The notes beneath the pieces were generated by a model. The model worked only from the letters and a program-made list of their open reading frames with translations, searched no databases and was not told where the DNA came from. Positions 46,197 through 56,258 of a stretch of 64,000 nt of DNA are shown here, one piece after another. Position numbers and translations under genes: made by a program. The stretch is taken from contig JAMPBC010000001.1 of NCBI GenBank assembly GCA_023666905.1, positions 593,542 through 657,541 of the forward strand, written 5' to 3'. This DNA is from Bacteroides sp. Its GTDB lineage: Bacteria > Bacteroidota > Bacteroidia > Bacteroidales > Muribaculaceae. Every line of letters begins with the position of its first letter. Positions within the stretch are counted from its first letter, which is position 1.

Positions 46197-49037
46197 TTAT
46201 TTGGCTTCGGGGTCAAGGATAACCACGCGGTAGTTGCCCTGCTTGTTGAGGTCGCGGACGAAGTTCTTGACATCGTCAGTGGTGATGGTTTTGAGTGATT
46301 CCTCGGCGGTGTTGAATGTGTCTATTCCGTTGAGGTTCCAGCCCATCAGGCCGGTGAGCCAACCTGCGTTGCGTTCGCGGCGTTCTTTGTAGCTCTTGAA
46401 TAGATATTCTTTAACTTTGTCGAGCTCGGCCTGGTTGATTTCAGAACCAAGATTGTTGATTTGATCGCTGATGATGTTGAGCACTTTTTCTTTCATTTCC
46501 GGTTTCATGGGGAACGCGGTCATGATTTCAACGTTCTGTGGATCGACGCGGTCCATGCCACCCTGAGCGCTGATTGAGTAAACGGCGCCCTCTTTTTCAC
46601 GGACAATTTCCACAAGGCGAGTTGAAAGAATTTGTCCGGCAATGTCGGCGAGCTGAGCATTTTTAACGCTGTAAGGCTCGGTGCCGAATGTGGTGATGTA
46701 GCACCATGTCTGGGGAGTTTCCATGGGAGTGGTGAAGGTGTCAACACCTTTGCCGCCCTTCTGCTGGAAATTGGGATTGTATTTCTTGATGGTCTTTTGA
46801 GCTGTTTTGGCATTGCCGGGAATGGTGGCAATGTACTGCTCGACGAGCGGACGGAGTTTTTCCAGGTCAACGTTGCCAACAAAAGTGAATGTGTAGTCGG
46901 CGGCATTGGCTGTCATTTGATGAGCAATCTCGATGACTTGCTCGCGAGTGGCGGCATTGACAATTTCGGGAGTGAGTGCACGCAGACGGGGATTGTTGGG
47001 ATAAAGTGCTTCGCGCAGGCTCTTTCCGAACACGTACTGCGGGTCGCGTTCCTGATTGTGGAGCATCTGAGCTTCGGAGCTTTGCATGGCTGCAAACTCG
47101 TCGGGGGTGAAGTTGATGTTGGTGAAGCCCATGTAGATGAGTTCCATGAGCGAGGGGAGATCCTTGGGAGTAGCGTAGCCCGAGAATGAACGGTTATAGC
47201 TTGAGAAGCCAATGTTGAGCATTGCCTGCTTGCCGGCCATGTATTTCTGAAGGTCGGAGTTGGAGTAAGTTCCAAGACCGTATGAACCAAGAGCGTCGGA
47301 GAGGAAGATGATGCTGTTGTCAAGCGATGAGGGGAGTTCGGCGGTGCCGTTAAGGGCTGTTGCCGAGAACAGGATTTCATCGTCCTTGAACTTGGTGGGT
47401 TTCACAATAACCTTGGCACCGTTGCTGAGTGTCCATTCGGTGGCGTCCCACTTGTCAAGCTTCTGTTCCTTAACAATTTTGCCGGGCTTGGGAAGGTTCT
47501 CAATGAGAGGCTCGGCTTTAACTTCCTCTTTGTAGGCTTCGATGGTTTCTTTGTCAACGTTGCCAAGAGCCTGGGCAAACTGCTGTTCGGTGGGATAAAC
47601 ACCGTCGGCATTGTCGGGCATCATGGCCAGGAGCACGCGGTTATCGCCGGTGACGCTCTGTGCAAACTGCTGGTTGATGAGGTCGACACTGACCATGTTT
47701 GCCACCATTTTGGCGGTTTCGTAGGTCTCGTCCATTGTGGGAATGGGGGTGCCGTCGAGGAAGTTGTTTACGTATTGCTGAACGAATGTGCCGTTCTGGC
47801 GCTGGTTGCGGTTGTTGTAGCTGGTTTCCATCTGCGAGAGATATTCGGCTTTAACGCGGTCAAATTCAGTGATGGTGAAGCCGCCGCGTGAGGCGCGGAG
47901 AAGTTCGCGGTAGGCAGCGCCCATGGCCGAGGGAAGCTCGTCGCCCGAGCGGGTAACCACGGCAAGTGTCATGGCATCCTTTGTTTTTGCAAGGATATAG
48001 TCGCCGAAGTAAACGCCGGCGGCAGCGAAAGGTGCATCGGGTTTGGATGAGATGTCATTGAGACGTGTGTTGAGCATCTGGCTGACGGCGAAGTTGCAGA
48101 ATTGTTCAACGTAGTAGGCCATGGTGTTACGGAGTTCACGGGGAAGAACGTCGGATTTAATCATGAGCTGGGCCATGGCCGAGCGCTGTTCCTTGTCGTG
48201 GCCAATGGCGTAGATGGTGCCTTTGGTGTCGTCTACGGGGAGGTAAACGCGTTCAACAGGGTTTTCGGGCATTTCAATGTCGGCGAACATCTCCTTGATT
48301 TTGCCTTCAATGCGGTCCACATCAATGTCGCCAACCACGATGATGCCCTGCTGGTCGGGGCGATACCATTTTTCATAGTAGTCGCGAAGAGCCTGATAAG
48401 CAAAGTTGTCAACCACTTCCATTGTGCCGATGGGCATGCGGTAACCGTACTTGCTTCCGGGGTAAAGGGTGGGAAGAAGTTGCTCGAGAATGCGTGACTG
48501 TCCGCTCTCGCGGCTACGCCATTCTTCGTGAATCACGGCGCGTTCGGCGTCGATTTCAGCCGGCTCAAGCAGCAGGTCGTTTGCCCAGTCGTGAAGAATG
48601 AGGAGGCAGGAGTCCTGAGCGCCTTCGCGTGCGGTGGGGACTTTTGAAATGTTGTAGACGGTTTGGTCAACAGCGGTGTAGGCGTTGAGGTGGGCGCCGA
48701 ATTTCACACCGATTGATTCGAGGTATTTCACCAGCGAGTTGCCGGGGAAGTGTTTGGTTCCGTTGAAGCACATGTGCTCCAGGAAGTGTGCGAGGCCGCG
48801 CTGGTCGTCCTCTTCAAGGATTGAGCCTACTTTTTGAGCAATGTAGAACTCGGCTTGCCCCTTGGGATATTCGTTGTGACGAATGTAGTAGGTGAGCCCG
48901 TTGGGGAGTGTGCCAATGCGCACTTCGGGGTCCACGCCCATTTGGGGAATCTGGGGCATACCCTGGGCCGAAGCCGCGGAGGGAAGCACCATCAGAGCCA
49001 CCAGAATGAGTGAGAAAATAAATGAAATTTTCTTCAT
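46197..49037 (-). CDS. M16 family (pitrilysin/insulinase-like) zinc peptidase, secreted, two-module
   Basis: 946 aa. Signal peptide, inverted zinc motif HFLEHMCFNGT, two M16 active and inactive domain pairs. Confidence 0.85.
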   Translation of the reverse strand: MKKISFIFSLILVALMVLPSAASAQGMPQIPQMGVDPEVRIGTLPNGLTYYIRHNEYPKGQAEFYIAQKVGSILEEDDQRGLAHFLEHMCFNGTKHFPGNSLVKYLESIGVKFGAHLNAYTAVDQTVYNISKVPTAREGAQDSCLLILHDWANDLLLEPAEIDAERAVIHEEWRSRESGQSRILEQLLPTLYPGSKYGYRMPIGTMEVVDNFAYQALRDYYEKWYRPDQQGIIVVGDIDVDRIEGKIKEMFADIEMPENPVERVYLPVDDTKGTIYAIGHDKEQRSAMAQLMIKSDVLPRELRNTMAYYVEQFCNFAVSQMLNTRLNDISSKPDAPFAAAGVYFGDYILAKTKDAMTLAVVTRSGDELPSAMGAAYRELLRASRGGFTITEFDRVKAEYLSQMETSYNNRNQRQNGTFVQQYVNNFLDGTPIPTMDETYETAKMVANMVSVDLINQQFAQSVTGDNRVLLAMMPDNADGVYPTEQQFAQALGNVDKETIEAYKEEVKAEPLIENLPKPGKIVKEQKLDKWDATEWTLSNGAKVIVKPTKFKDDEILFSATALNGTAELPSSLDNSIIFLSDALGSYGLGTYSNSDLQKYMAGKQAMLNIGFSSYNRSFSGYATPKDLPSLMELIYMGFTNINFTPDEFAAMQSSEAQMLHNQERDPQYVFGKSLREALYPNNPRLRALTPEIVNAATREQVIEIAHQMTANAADYTFTFVGNVDLEKLRPLVEQYIATIPGNAKTAQKTIKKYNPNFQQKGGKGVDTFTTPMETPQTWCYITTFGTEPYSVKNAQLADIAGQILSTRLVEIVREKEGAVYSISAQGGMDRVDPQNVEIMTAFPMKPEMKEKVLNIISDQINNLGSEINQAELDKVKEYLFKSYKERRERNAGWLTGLMGWNLNGIDTFNTAEESLKTITTDDVKNFVRDLNKQGNYRVVILDPEAK

Positions 49038-49212
49038 TGGATGAAAGGTTTTTTTATAATTACTGTGTTGTGAATTGTCAGGTATTTCTTATTTGACGCG
49101 GAAATTACTGAAAAGTTTCATTCACCATTAAAAAAATAACCAAAGGGCTCAACCGATTCCGGCAAAGCCCTTGTTATGGATTCAGGAGAATGAATTCAGT
49201 TTTGATCAGGAA

Positions 49213-49362
49213 TTATTTCAGCGCGTCCTTAACGGCATCGTTAGGCACCATCTGTTCCTGGAATGTATAAGCACCGGTTTTAGGTGATTTCACCACTTTA
49301 ATAACCTTTGAGTAGGTGCGGCCTTCACCTTTCTGAAGCGATGCAACGGTTTTCTTTGCCAT
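49213..49362 (-). CDS. Small basic protein, 49 aa (DUF4295-like), downstream of rpmG. It is below the ORF-track size cutoff.
   Basis: Minus-strand translation MAKKTVASLQKGEGRTYSKVIKVVKSPKTGAYTFQEQMVPNDAVKDALK*. ATG at 49360-49362, stop TAA at 49213-49215, 16 nt after the rpmG stop. Confidence 0.6.
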   Translation of the reverse strand: MAKKTVASLQKGEGRTYSKVIKVVKSPKTGAYTFQEQMVPNDAVKDALK

Positions 49363-49377
49363 ATCGTAGAGGTGTTA

Positions 49378-49566
49378 TTATTTGATTTCTTTGTGAACGG
49401 TTACTTTCTTGAGAATAGGATTGTACTTTTTCAGTTCGAGACGCTCGGTTGTGTTCTTGCGGTTTTTGGTAGTGATATAGCGAGAAGTTCCGGGCATTCC
49501 GCTTGCTTTGTGTTCGGTACATTCAAGAATAACCTGTACGCGATTACCTTTAGCTTTCTTTGCCAT
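49378..49566 (-). CDS. rpmG: 50S ribosomal protein L33
   Basis: 62 aa, [20 protein letters not shown]... typical L33. Confidence 0.9.
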   Translation of the reverse strand: MAKKAKGNRVQVILECTEHKASGMPGTSRYITTKNRKNTTERLELKKYNPILKKVTVHKEIK

Positions 49567-49570
49567 CTTC

Positions 49571-49828
49571 TTATAAGTCTAAGTATTTGATTTCAGTTAA
49601 ATAACCCTTGTTGACGGCTTGCTTGATAGCAGCGTCAAGACCGTTCTTGTTAATGGTGCGGAGACCGTTGGCGGAGATGGTGAGAGTAATCCACATGTCC
49701 TGCTCTACCCAATAGAATTTCTTGGTGAAGAGGTTAACGTTGAATTTGCGCTTTGTACGACGCTTTGAGTGGCTAACGTTGTTGCCCACCATAGCTTTCT
49801 TGCCTGTAATTTGACAAATCTTTGACAT
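49571..49828 (-). CDS. rpmB: 50S ribosomal protein L28
   Basis: Internal start [33 protein letters not shown] (ATG ending at 49828). 5 nt upstream of rpmG. Confidence 0.85.
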   Translation of the reverse strand: MSKICQITGKKAMVGNNVSHSKRRTKRKFNVNLFTKKFYWVEQDMWITLTISANGLRTINKNGLDAAIKQAVNKGYLTEIKYLDL

Positions 49829-50058
49829 GGCTGTTGTTCTGTTACTTAGCTCTATTAAACTTTTTATTATTTCTTTTTTCAGCAATGCTTTGTGGCCGCC
49901 ATCTCAGTCTCATATCACTGCTAAGCGCATCATATTTAACAGCTTTACAGGATGAGCCACAAAACAGAGTGCAAAGTAACAACTTTTTTGGGAAATCACC
50001 AAACATCGGCATAAAAACTTTGCAATCAGGGCTGAAATTTGGCGTAGAGAGGCGGGTT

Positions 50059-52578
50059 CTACATGGGGTCGACGTCGTAGTAAACCACGGCCGATTTTAT
50101 TGCCGGGTGGCGCGAGGCGTGCATCTCCTCGAAGGTGGCGCGGAGAATTTGCTTTACCTGTTTCATGGATGCTGTCACCTCTATCTTGAGCATTATCTTG
50201 CGAATGTAGAGCGTCTGTACGCGTGCCACCAGCGGTTCTTCCGGGCCGAAAACGCGGTTTCCGAAAAGCTCGTGAAGGCGGTTGGTGTAGGCTATGGCCA
50301 GGTCGTTGAGCAGTTGGGGGTCGCGGTGCTTGATGTACACGTAGATGAGGCGTGTGAAGGGGGGATAGAAAAAGCGGCGGCGCTCTTCGAGTTCGGCGTC
50401 GTAGAACGACGGATAATTGTGGGCGGTGATGAAGCTGAACAGCGGATGCGATGGCTGGCGGGTTTGGATTATGACTTTGCCCTGCCGTGAGCGGCGTCCG
50501 GCACGCCCGGCTACTTGCGAAATCATGTTGAACGCCCGCTCGGTGGCGCGAAAGTCGGGCTGGTTTATCATGGCATCAGCGTTGACAATGGCCACGGTGT
50601 CCACGTTGCCGAAGTCAAGACCTTTGGTAACCATCTGCGTCCCAACAAGCACTTGGGCTTTGCCGTGGGAGAAGTCGGTGATTATTTTTTGGTAGCCGTC
50701 CTTGTTGCGGGTGGTGTCAAGGTCCATGCGGAGCACTTTGGTTTCGGGGCCAATTTCAGGACCAATCTCATCCTCCATTCGCTCGGTGCCGTAGCCGTGC
50801 ACTTCCAGAGCGGGTTCGTGACAGGCCGGGCACACGGTGGGGAGGGGATAAATGGCACCGCAATAGTGACACACAAGTTTGTCAATGCGTTTGTGGTAAG
50901 TGAGTGACACGTCGCAGTGTTCGCATTTGGGGGTGTAGGCGCAGAGTTTGCATTGGGCCACCGGGGCGTAGCCGCGGCGGTTGAGAAACACTATGGACTG
51001 CTGTCCTTGCGCTATGGAAGCCCGGATGCGGTTAATGGTGGGTTGAGCCAGCGCTCCTTTCATGAGCGAGGCTTTCCAGGCTTTAGTGGTGTCCACAAGT
51101 TCTATTTCGGGGAGGTTCACCCCGCCGTAGCGTTCCGAGAGCGTCACCAGCCCGTAGCGCCCGGAGGTGGCTTTATGATAAGTGTCAATGGCGGGTGTGG
51201 CCGAGCCAAGAAGCACTTTGGCGCCATGCATACGGGCGAGCACCATGGAGGTGTCGCGGCCATTGTAACGCGGAGCCGGGTCCTGCTGCTTGTAGCTCGA
51301 CTCGTGCTCCTCGTCAACAATCACCAGCCCCAAGTTGGCAAATGGGAGGAACACCGCGGAGCGGGGCCCCACAATGACGGCCGGCTCGTTGGACCGGAGT
51401 ATGCGCCTGTAAAGGTCGACGCGCTCGTTGTCTGAAAATTTGGAGTGGTAAACAATCACGCTGTTGCCGAACACTTTTTGCAGACGCCCGGTGAGCTGGG
51501 TGGTGAGCGCAATCTCCGGCACCAGATAGAGCACCTGCCGGTTTTGGCGGAGCATGAAGTCAATGAGGTGGATGTAGAGTTCGGTTTTTCCGGATGAGGT
51601 CACACCGTGAAGCAGGGTTACGTCGTGGTCGGTCCACGAGGCGTGGAGCTGCGTCAGAGCTTGATTTTGGGCGGGGCTCAGCTGCGGCAGCTCACCGGTT
51701 ACGCTTTCGGTGATGGCAAAGCGGTTAATCTCTTTGTTGTAGATGCTCACGATGCCTTTTTCGCGAAGCGCGGAGATGATGGGGCGAGTGAGGCCGGTGC
51801 GTTCGAGCAGTTGAGTCAGGGGCACCTCCACCAACGGGACGTTCTGCTTCATGAACTGCGACATTTCCAGCAGCGCCAACAGCGCCTTTTGCTGTTTCTC
51901 GGAGCGGCTGACCTGATTGAACATGACGCGCAGGCGAATGGAGTCGTTGCGGTCGGCTTTCACGGCAACGTAAGTTATTTTGCGGGCCACGTAGCGCTCC
52001 ATAAGCTTTTCGGACACCATGAGGATTCCGCGGTCCAGCATCTTGCCGGCGGTGAGGCTCACGTTGTTGAAGCCTGTGGTGCGTTCAATGTCGCTCACCG
52101 ACATTTTTTTGCCGTTGTGAACCAGCGTGTGGTAAATCATGGCCTCGCGTTCTGAGAGAGAGGCGCCGGTTGATTCCTCGTAGTCGGGATTTATTTCCAG
52201 AAAGGTTTCGCTCTCCACTTTCAGGGCCGCCGGCAGAGCGGCTTTCATCACATCGCCCGGTGAACAGAGGTAGTAGTCGGCCACCCATTCCCAAAGCTTC
52301 ATTTGCGGGTGGCGAAGAATGGGGGTGTTGTCAAGAGCCGAGATTATCTCTTTCACCTCATAGTTCCCTTCGGGTTTGCGGGGAGTGATGGCGGTGACAA
52401 TGGCGGTGTAGAATTTCTTTTTGCCGAACTGCACAAGCACGCGGTGTCCGGGCTTTACAAGGGCGGACAGTTGCTCGGGCACGCGATAGGTGAAGGTGCT
52501 TGCGAGCGGCAGCGGCAGGATTACTTCGGCGTAAAGTGTCACGGGCTGTTCTTTTCGGTGAGGAAGAAGTAGCGCCAC
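50059..52578 (-). CDS. priA: Primosomal protein N' (replication restart helicase PriA)
   Basis: 839 aa. Walker A GVTSSGKT, DEEH box, Cys-rich zinc-binding insert (CKLCAYTPKCEHCD...CHYCG...CPAC). Confidence 0.9.
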   Translation of the reverse strand: MALLLPHRKEQPVTLYAEVILPLPLASTFTYRVPEQLSALVKPGHRVLVQFGKKKFYTAIVTAITPRKPEGNYEVKEIISALDNTPILRHPQMKLWEWVADYYLCSPGDVMKAALPAALKVESETFLEINPDYEESTGASLSEREAMIYHTLVHNGKKMSVSDIERTTGFNNVSLTAGKMLDRGILMVSEKLMERYVARKITYVAVKADRNDSIRLRVMFNQVSRSEKQQKALLALLEMSQFMKQNVPLVEVPLTQLLERTGLTRPIISALREKGIVSIYNKEINRFAITESVTGELPQLSPAQNQALTQLHASWTDHDVTLLHGVTSSGKTELYIHLIDFMLRQNRQVLYLVPEIALTTQLTGRLQKVFGNSVIVYHSKFSDNERVDLYRRILRSNEPAVIVGPRSAVFLPFANLGLVIVDEEHESSYKQQDPAPRYNGRDTSMVLARMHGAKVLLGSATPAIDTYHKATSGRYGLVTLSERYGGVNLPEIELVDTTKAWKASLMKGALAQPTINRIRASIAQGQQSIVFLNRRGYAPVAQCKLCAYTPKCEHCDVSLTYHKRIDKLVCHYCGAIYPLPTVCPACHEPALEVHGYGTERMEDEIGPEIGPETKVLRMDLDTTRNKDGYQKIITDFSHGKAQVLVGTQMVTKGLDFGNVDTVAIVNADAMINQPDFRATERAFNMISQVAGRAGRRSRQGKVIIQTRQPSHPLFSFITAHNYPSFYDAELEERRRFFYPPFTRLIYVYIKHRDPQLLNDLAIAYTNRLHELFGNRVFGPEEPLVARVQTLYIRKIMLKIEVTASMKQVKQILRATFEEMHASRHPAIKSAVVYYDVDPM

Positions 52579-53105
52579 AGGGGAGCCAGCATGAGAGCCT
52601 GCTTCATTTCATCGCGCATCATCATGTCCAGCAGTTCACTGCGGCTCAGGGTAAGGGTGGCAATGTCCTCGGTGGTGTCGAGATGAGTATGGCCCGTTGG
52701 CTTCACGCCGCGTGCCAGATAGCAGTAGGTGAGATTATTGGAGGTGGAGGGGTTGCCTGAAATCACGCATTGCAGCTGCCACTCGCCACCCTGGTAGCCG
52801 GTTTCCTCAAGCAGTTCGCGTTTCGCGGCATCAAGCGGGTCCTCGCCATCCTCCACCACTCCGGCGCAGAGTTCGGTGGAAATCACACCAAGCCCGTGGC
52901 GATACTGGCTCACCATCACAAAGCGGTCATCGTCAGTAATGGCTATCACATTTACCCATGCGGGATATTCCAGGACGTAAAATTCCGGGTTGATGGCTCC
53001 GTTGGGCATCAGGAGCTTGTCGCGGCGGGCAGTGAGCCAAGGCCGTTGAAACACGTAGGTGCTTTCCAACACCCGGGGGCGTTTTATGTCAGTGTTTTCT
53101 TGCAT
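52539..53105 (-). CDS. NUDIX hydrolase
   Basis: Nudix box REx2EE-like segment (GEDPLDAAKRELLEETG). Overlaps priA (40 nt) and the Fur-family gene (17 nt). The real start may be an internal Met. Confidence 0.7.
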   Translation of the reverse strand: MQENTDIKRPRVLESTYVFQRPWLTARRDKLLMPNGAINPEFYVLEYPAWVNVIAITDDDRFVMVSQYRHGLGVISTELCAGVVEDGEDPLDAAKRELLEETGYQGGEWQLQCVISGNPSTSNNLTYCYLARGVKPTGHTHLDTTEDIATLTLSRSELLDMMMRDEMKQALMLAPLWRYFFLTEKNSP

Positions 53106-53517
53106 TGTTGTTTTGGCAGTTGGGGCAGATGCCTTTGAGCATGTAGTTTACGGAGTGTGTGGTAAAGCCGTGGGGAAGGCTCACGGCCGGTGCAGGGGTT
53201 CCCTGAAAGCAGTACACCTGGCGGCATTGCTCGCAGTAGAAGTGCACGTGCATGTGGCGGGAGCAGTCGGGGTCGGAGGTGTGGCAGAGTTCATATTTTG
53301 CAATTCCGCGGCCATCCTCCACCGCGTGAACGGCGTGGTGTTCGAGCAGAATGTTGAGCACGCGGAACACACTGGATTTGTCAATGCTGTCAATGCGCTC
53401 CTCCAATTCAATGAGGCTGAGCGGATGCGGACTCTGCATGAGTTCCCTTACCACCAGGATTCTGTTGGCGGTAGGCTTAATGTTGGCTTGTTCCAAAATT
53501 TGTTCGGCGCTATCCAT
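53089..53517 (-). CDS. Fur-family transcriptional regulator (Fur/Zur/PerR type)
   Basis: 142 aa. N-terminal winged-helix domain and C-terminal HxH...CxxC...CxxC metal sites (HMHVHFYCEQC ... CPNC). Confidence 0.8.
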   Translation of the reverse strand: MDSAEQILEQANIKPTANRILVVRELMQSPHPLSLIELEERIDSIDKSSVFRVLNILLEHHAVHAVEDGRGIAKYELCHTSDPDCSRHMHVHFYCEQCRQVYCFQGTPAPAVSLPHGFTTHSVNYMLKGICPNCQNNNARKH

Positions 53518-53629
53518 AATGGGACAAAGTTACAAAAATTCCACTAACAACCGGCACGCCGGGGGCAATAAAAAGGGAAGCGCGGCCTCCGAGAGGGGGT
53601 CGCGCTTCGTAAAGAGTGTGGTGTGGGGA

Positions 53630-54679
53630 TTACTTGTAGTAAACGAACCAGGCGCGGTTCACACGTTGATTAGTGGTGTCAATTTGCCAGAAGATAGCCA
53701 CAATGCGGGTGCTGTCGTTGACAAGCACTTTTACTGTACCATCGTAGGTCCAATCGGGCCACCATGCAATGTTGCTGTACTGGAAGTGGAGTGTACCGGA
53801 CACTTCAGCATCAACAGCAGCAGTTGAGGGATATTCCACTTTCAAGCCGCCGTAATCGGTACCGTAATAGTCGAACCACCAGCCAAGGGTGTGAACGCCA
53901 TCGGCATCGGAGTTCATCCAATCTCCGTAATAACCTCCATAATAGTAGGGGGCATTACCATCGGAAGGATCTTTCACTTGAGCGAAGAGATCGGTTGTTT
54001 TCTGATCAAGGATTGTTTGGATTTCGCCGGCAGTGAAACCTGCATTGGTAAGGGCCTTGATAGTTACGTTGACATCGGTAGAGAAGCCGGACATGTCAGT
54101 GATTGTAATAATAGCCTGATAGGGTTGCATGCGACCAATGGCTTGAAGAGTAACCTCACCGGTTTCGCTATTGATTGTAGCAGTAACATCGGTGTTGTTG
54201 CTTTCAATGGAGTATCCACCGTTGCCTTGGGTTACTTTGAGCCCCTGAATTGTTCCTTGAACGCCAAGAGGTGCTTCGTAAGTGGGGTCGTTTTGGTTTA
54301 CAAGAACAGCATCGTAAGTGTAAACTTCAACGGTAACAGTTTTGTAGTCGCCGTTGGCGTCGGAGATAACCACGTCAGTTGTACCGTTGGCAACACCTTC
54401 AATGTACTGAGTATCGCCTTCGGTGACAACAGTGGCAATTGATGTGTTGAGTGAGAATGCCTTTACTTGCTCGCCGGACTGCTCAACCGGGAGAGCGACT
54501 TTGTTAGCGGCTCCTACCTTCACTTTAAGTGAGTTGGTGTTGAGGGTGATGTCGGGGGAGTCTGTTCCGGGAATCACGTAGACGGGTTCGTCCACTGGAT
54601 CATCATCGTCGCAGGCAGTGAAGCTCACGCAAGCGGTGGCCATAAGGGCCATGCTCAAGAAATAATATTTGAGTTTCAT
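53630..54679 (-). CDS. PUL-associated surface lipoprotein with Ig-like (Big_2-like) domain
   Basis: Lipobox FTACDDDD and a beta-rich Ig-like region (TVVTEGDTQYIEGVANGTTDVVISDANGDYKTVTVEVY). Last gene of the Sus-like operon. Confidence 0.5.
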   Translation of the reverse strand: MKLKYYFLSMALMATACVSFTACDDDDPVDEPVYVIPGTDSPDITLNTNSLKVKVGAANKVALPVEQSGEQVKAFSLNTSIATVVTEGDTQYIEGVANGTTDVVISDANGDYKTVTVEVYTYDAVLVNQNDPTYEAPLGVQGTIQGLKVTQGNGGYSIESNNTDVTATINSETGEVTLQAIGRMQPYQAIITITDMSGFSTDVNVTIKALTNAGFTAGEIQTILDQKTTDLFAQVKDPSDGNAPYYYGGYYGDWMNSDADGVHTLGWWFDYYGTDYGGLKVEYPSTAAVDAEVSGTLHFQYSNIAWWPDWTYDGTVKVLVNDSTRIVAIFWQIDTTNQRVNRAWFVYYK

Positions 54680-54719
54680 TGTTAGAATCAGATTATTTGT
54701 TAGATGTTACAAATTGTAA

Positions 54720-56174
54720 TTACCAGTCCTTAGCGTATGAAGTGCCGTCCCAAACAAGGTCTGCGTTGTAGTAAGTTTTAGCACAACGTTTCAAAGCATC
54801 GACTCTAAGCATACCTTTAGCAGTGTCAAGGTTGGTGTTATCGGGGCCGCAGGCAAAGATAAGCTGACAACCGTAACCGCCGTCAATTTGGATGGTTTTG
54901 AGGTCATTGCCTTGACTCCAAAGTTGGCCTTGGGCAAATTCCATTGAGCAGTAACCTATTCTCTTTTTGTCAAGACCGCCATAACGTGAAGAGATGGGGT
55001 TTGATTGAGGAGTGTCGGGATAGTTGGCGAATGCGAAGTCAATGAAATCGGAAGGAGTGGCGGTTACACCGGTTTCAAGGTCGGTAACTGATTCCATGCG
55101 GATTGCAGAGCCGTAGGCGTAGGTAACCATCCAGCGGTCAGGCATGGCTTTTTTGAGCTCGTAGTAGAGACGTGAGAGCGGTTTTACACCGGGAGATACG
55201 AATCCGGGCCACACTTGTGAATAGTCAGAGTATTCGTCATCAAGCATCACGCCGTCCAGATTGTACTCATCGCACATGGCTTTAACTTCCTGTGCGAAGA
55301 TTTTGGCATTGGCGTCGGAAAGGTTGGCCACACCGGCACGGTCGTGGTTACCGAGAATTGAGAGGATGACCTTGATTCCACGCTCTTTGAGGGGCTTGAG
55401 ATACTTGTCGTAGTTGTCAAGCACGGCCTGAACGTTTTCGTTGTTGTAAACGTAAACTTTCTTGGTTGTGGCATCGTAGTTGATGTTGGATGAGAAAAGA
55501 ATCACGGCATCAAACAGCGGTTTGCCACTACCCTGAAGGGTGAAGACCATGGTGTTGAGCGGGTTTGTGCCATTGACCTCGATACAGTTGAACATCTTGA
55601 TACCTTCCACGAGCTGACCATCGGAATTGGTGATGTACTTGGTGGCTGTGGGAAGACCGGTGATGTCGCGCACAAAGATAATGTGGGTGGCATCGAGTTC
55701 ACCGAGCTGTGCATTGCCTGAAATGGTGGCACGGATGGGGAGAGCGTAAGTGGTGTTGGGGTCAAGGTTACCGGGCGAGGTGAGGGTGAAGTCAACGGAT
55801 GCTTCGGTGGCTCCGGCGCTTATTGATGCAACGCCTCCGTTGGCAAACGAAACCACTGACTCGGGGAGAGCGGGGAAGTCAGTTTCGTTGGCTGAATTGT
55901 AGTTGGTGAGGGCTTCGGCATCGTAGCTGAAGGTAACGGTGCACTCGGTGTTGTTTTTGGGTGAGTGAACCACGAGTTCGGAGGTGGCAGTGTTGGCAAA
56001 GTCAATGCTTGAGAAGAGTCGCTGGCCGTCGGCACTGGTAATGTAGACCACGTTTCCGGTTGGAACATCAAGTTTGCCGGTGTCTACGGAACCGAGGCTG
56101 ACGTCATCGTCGCATGAAACAGCGGCGAGAGCCATGGTTGCCATGAGGCATGATTTGAAAAGCAGATTTTTCAT
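54720..56174 (-). CDS. GH18 endo-beta-N-acetylglucosaminidase (EndoH/EndoF/EndoBT-like) lipoprotein
   Basis: Lipobox AAVSCDDD, an N-terminal Ig-like/DUF1735-type region, and a GH18 catalytic motif of the ENGase subtype LDGVMLDDEYSDY (DGxxxDDEY). Confidence 0.8.
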   Translation of the reverse strand: MKNLLFKSCLMATMALAAVSCDDDVSLGSVDTGKLDVPTGNVVYITSADGQRLFSSIDFANTATSELVVHSPKNNTECTVTFSYDAEALTNYNSANETDFPALPESVVSFANGGVASISAGATEASVDFTLTSPGNLDPNTTYALPIRATISGNAQLGELDATHIIFVRDITGLPTATKYITNSDGQLVEGIKMFNCIEVNGTNPLNTMVFTLQGSGKPLFDAVILFSSNINYDATTKKVYVYNNENVQAVLDNYDKYLKPLKERGIKVILSILGNHDRAGVANLSDANAKIFAQEVKAMCDEYNLDGVMLDDEYSDYSQVWPGFVSPGVKPLSRLYYELKKAMPDRWMVTYAYGSAIRMESVTDLETGVTATPSDFIDFAFANYPDTPQSNPISSRYGGLDKKRIGYCSMEFAQGQLWSQGNDLKTIQIDGGYGCQLIFACGPDNTNLDTAKGMLRVDALKRCAKTYYNADLVWDGTSYAKDW

Positions 56175-56258
56175 TTATGCTTTGTTTTATGAGTCTGATT
56201 AAAATTTTTGTTTGGTTTAATTACGCGTGTGTAAGTGATAAACGTAATTCAACCGGCT

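Noticed and set aside
46632-47189. 185-aa plus-strand ORF, plus several Pro/Ser/Thr-rich minus-frame ORFs (46520-47965)
   Set aside because: All are embedded in the 946-aa M16 peptidase gene, which has clear catalytic motifs. They are alternative-frame artefacts.
50417-52760. Multiple plus-strand ORFs of 60-180 aa across priA
   Set aside because: Antisense to the PriA helicase, which is unambiguously conserved. Their Ala/Gly/Val/His-rich translations are typical of the reverse frame of a GC-rich gene.
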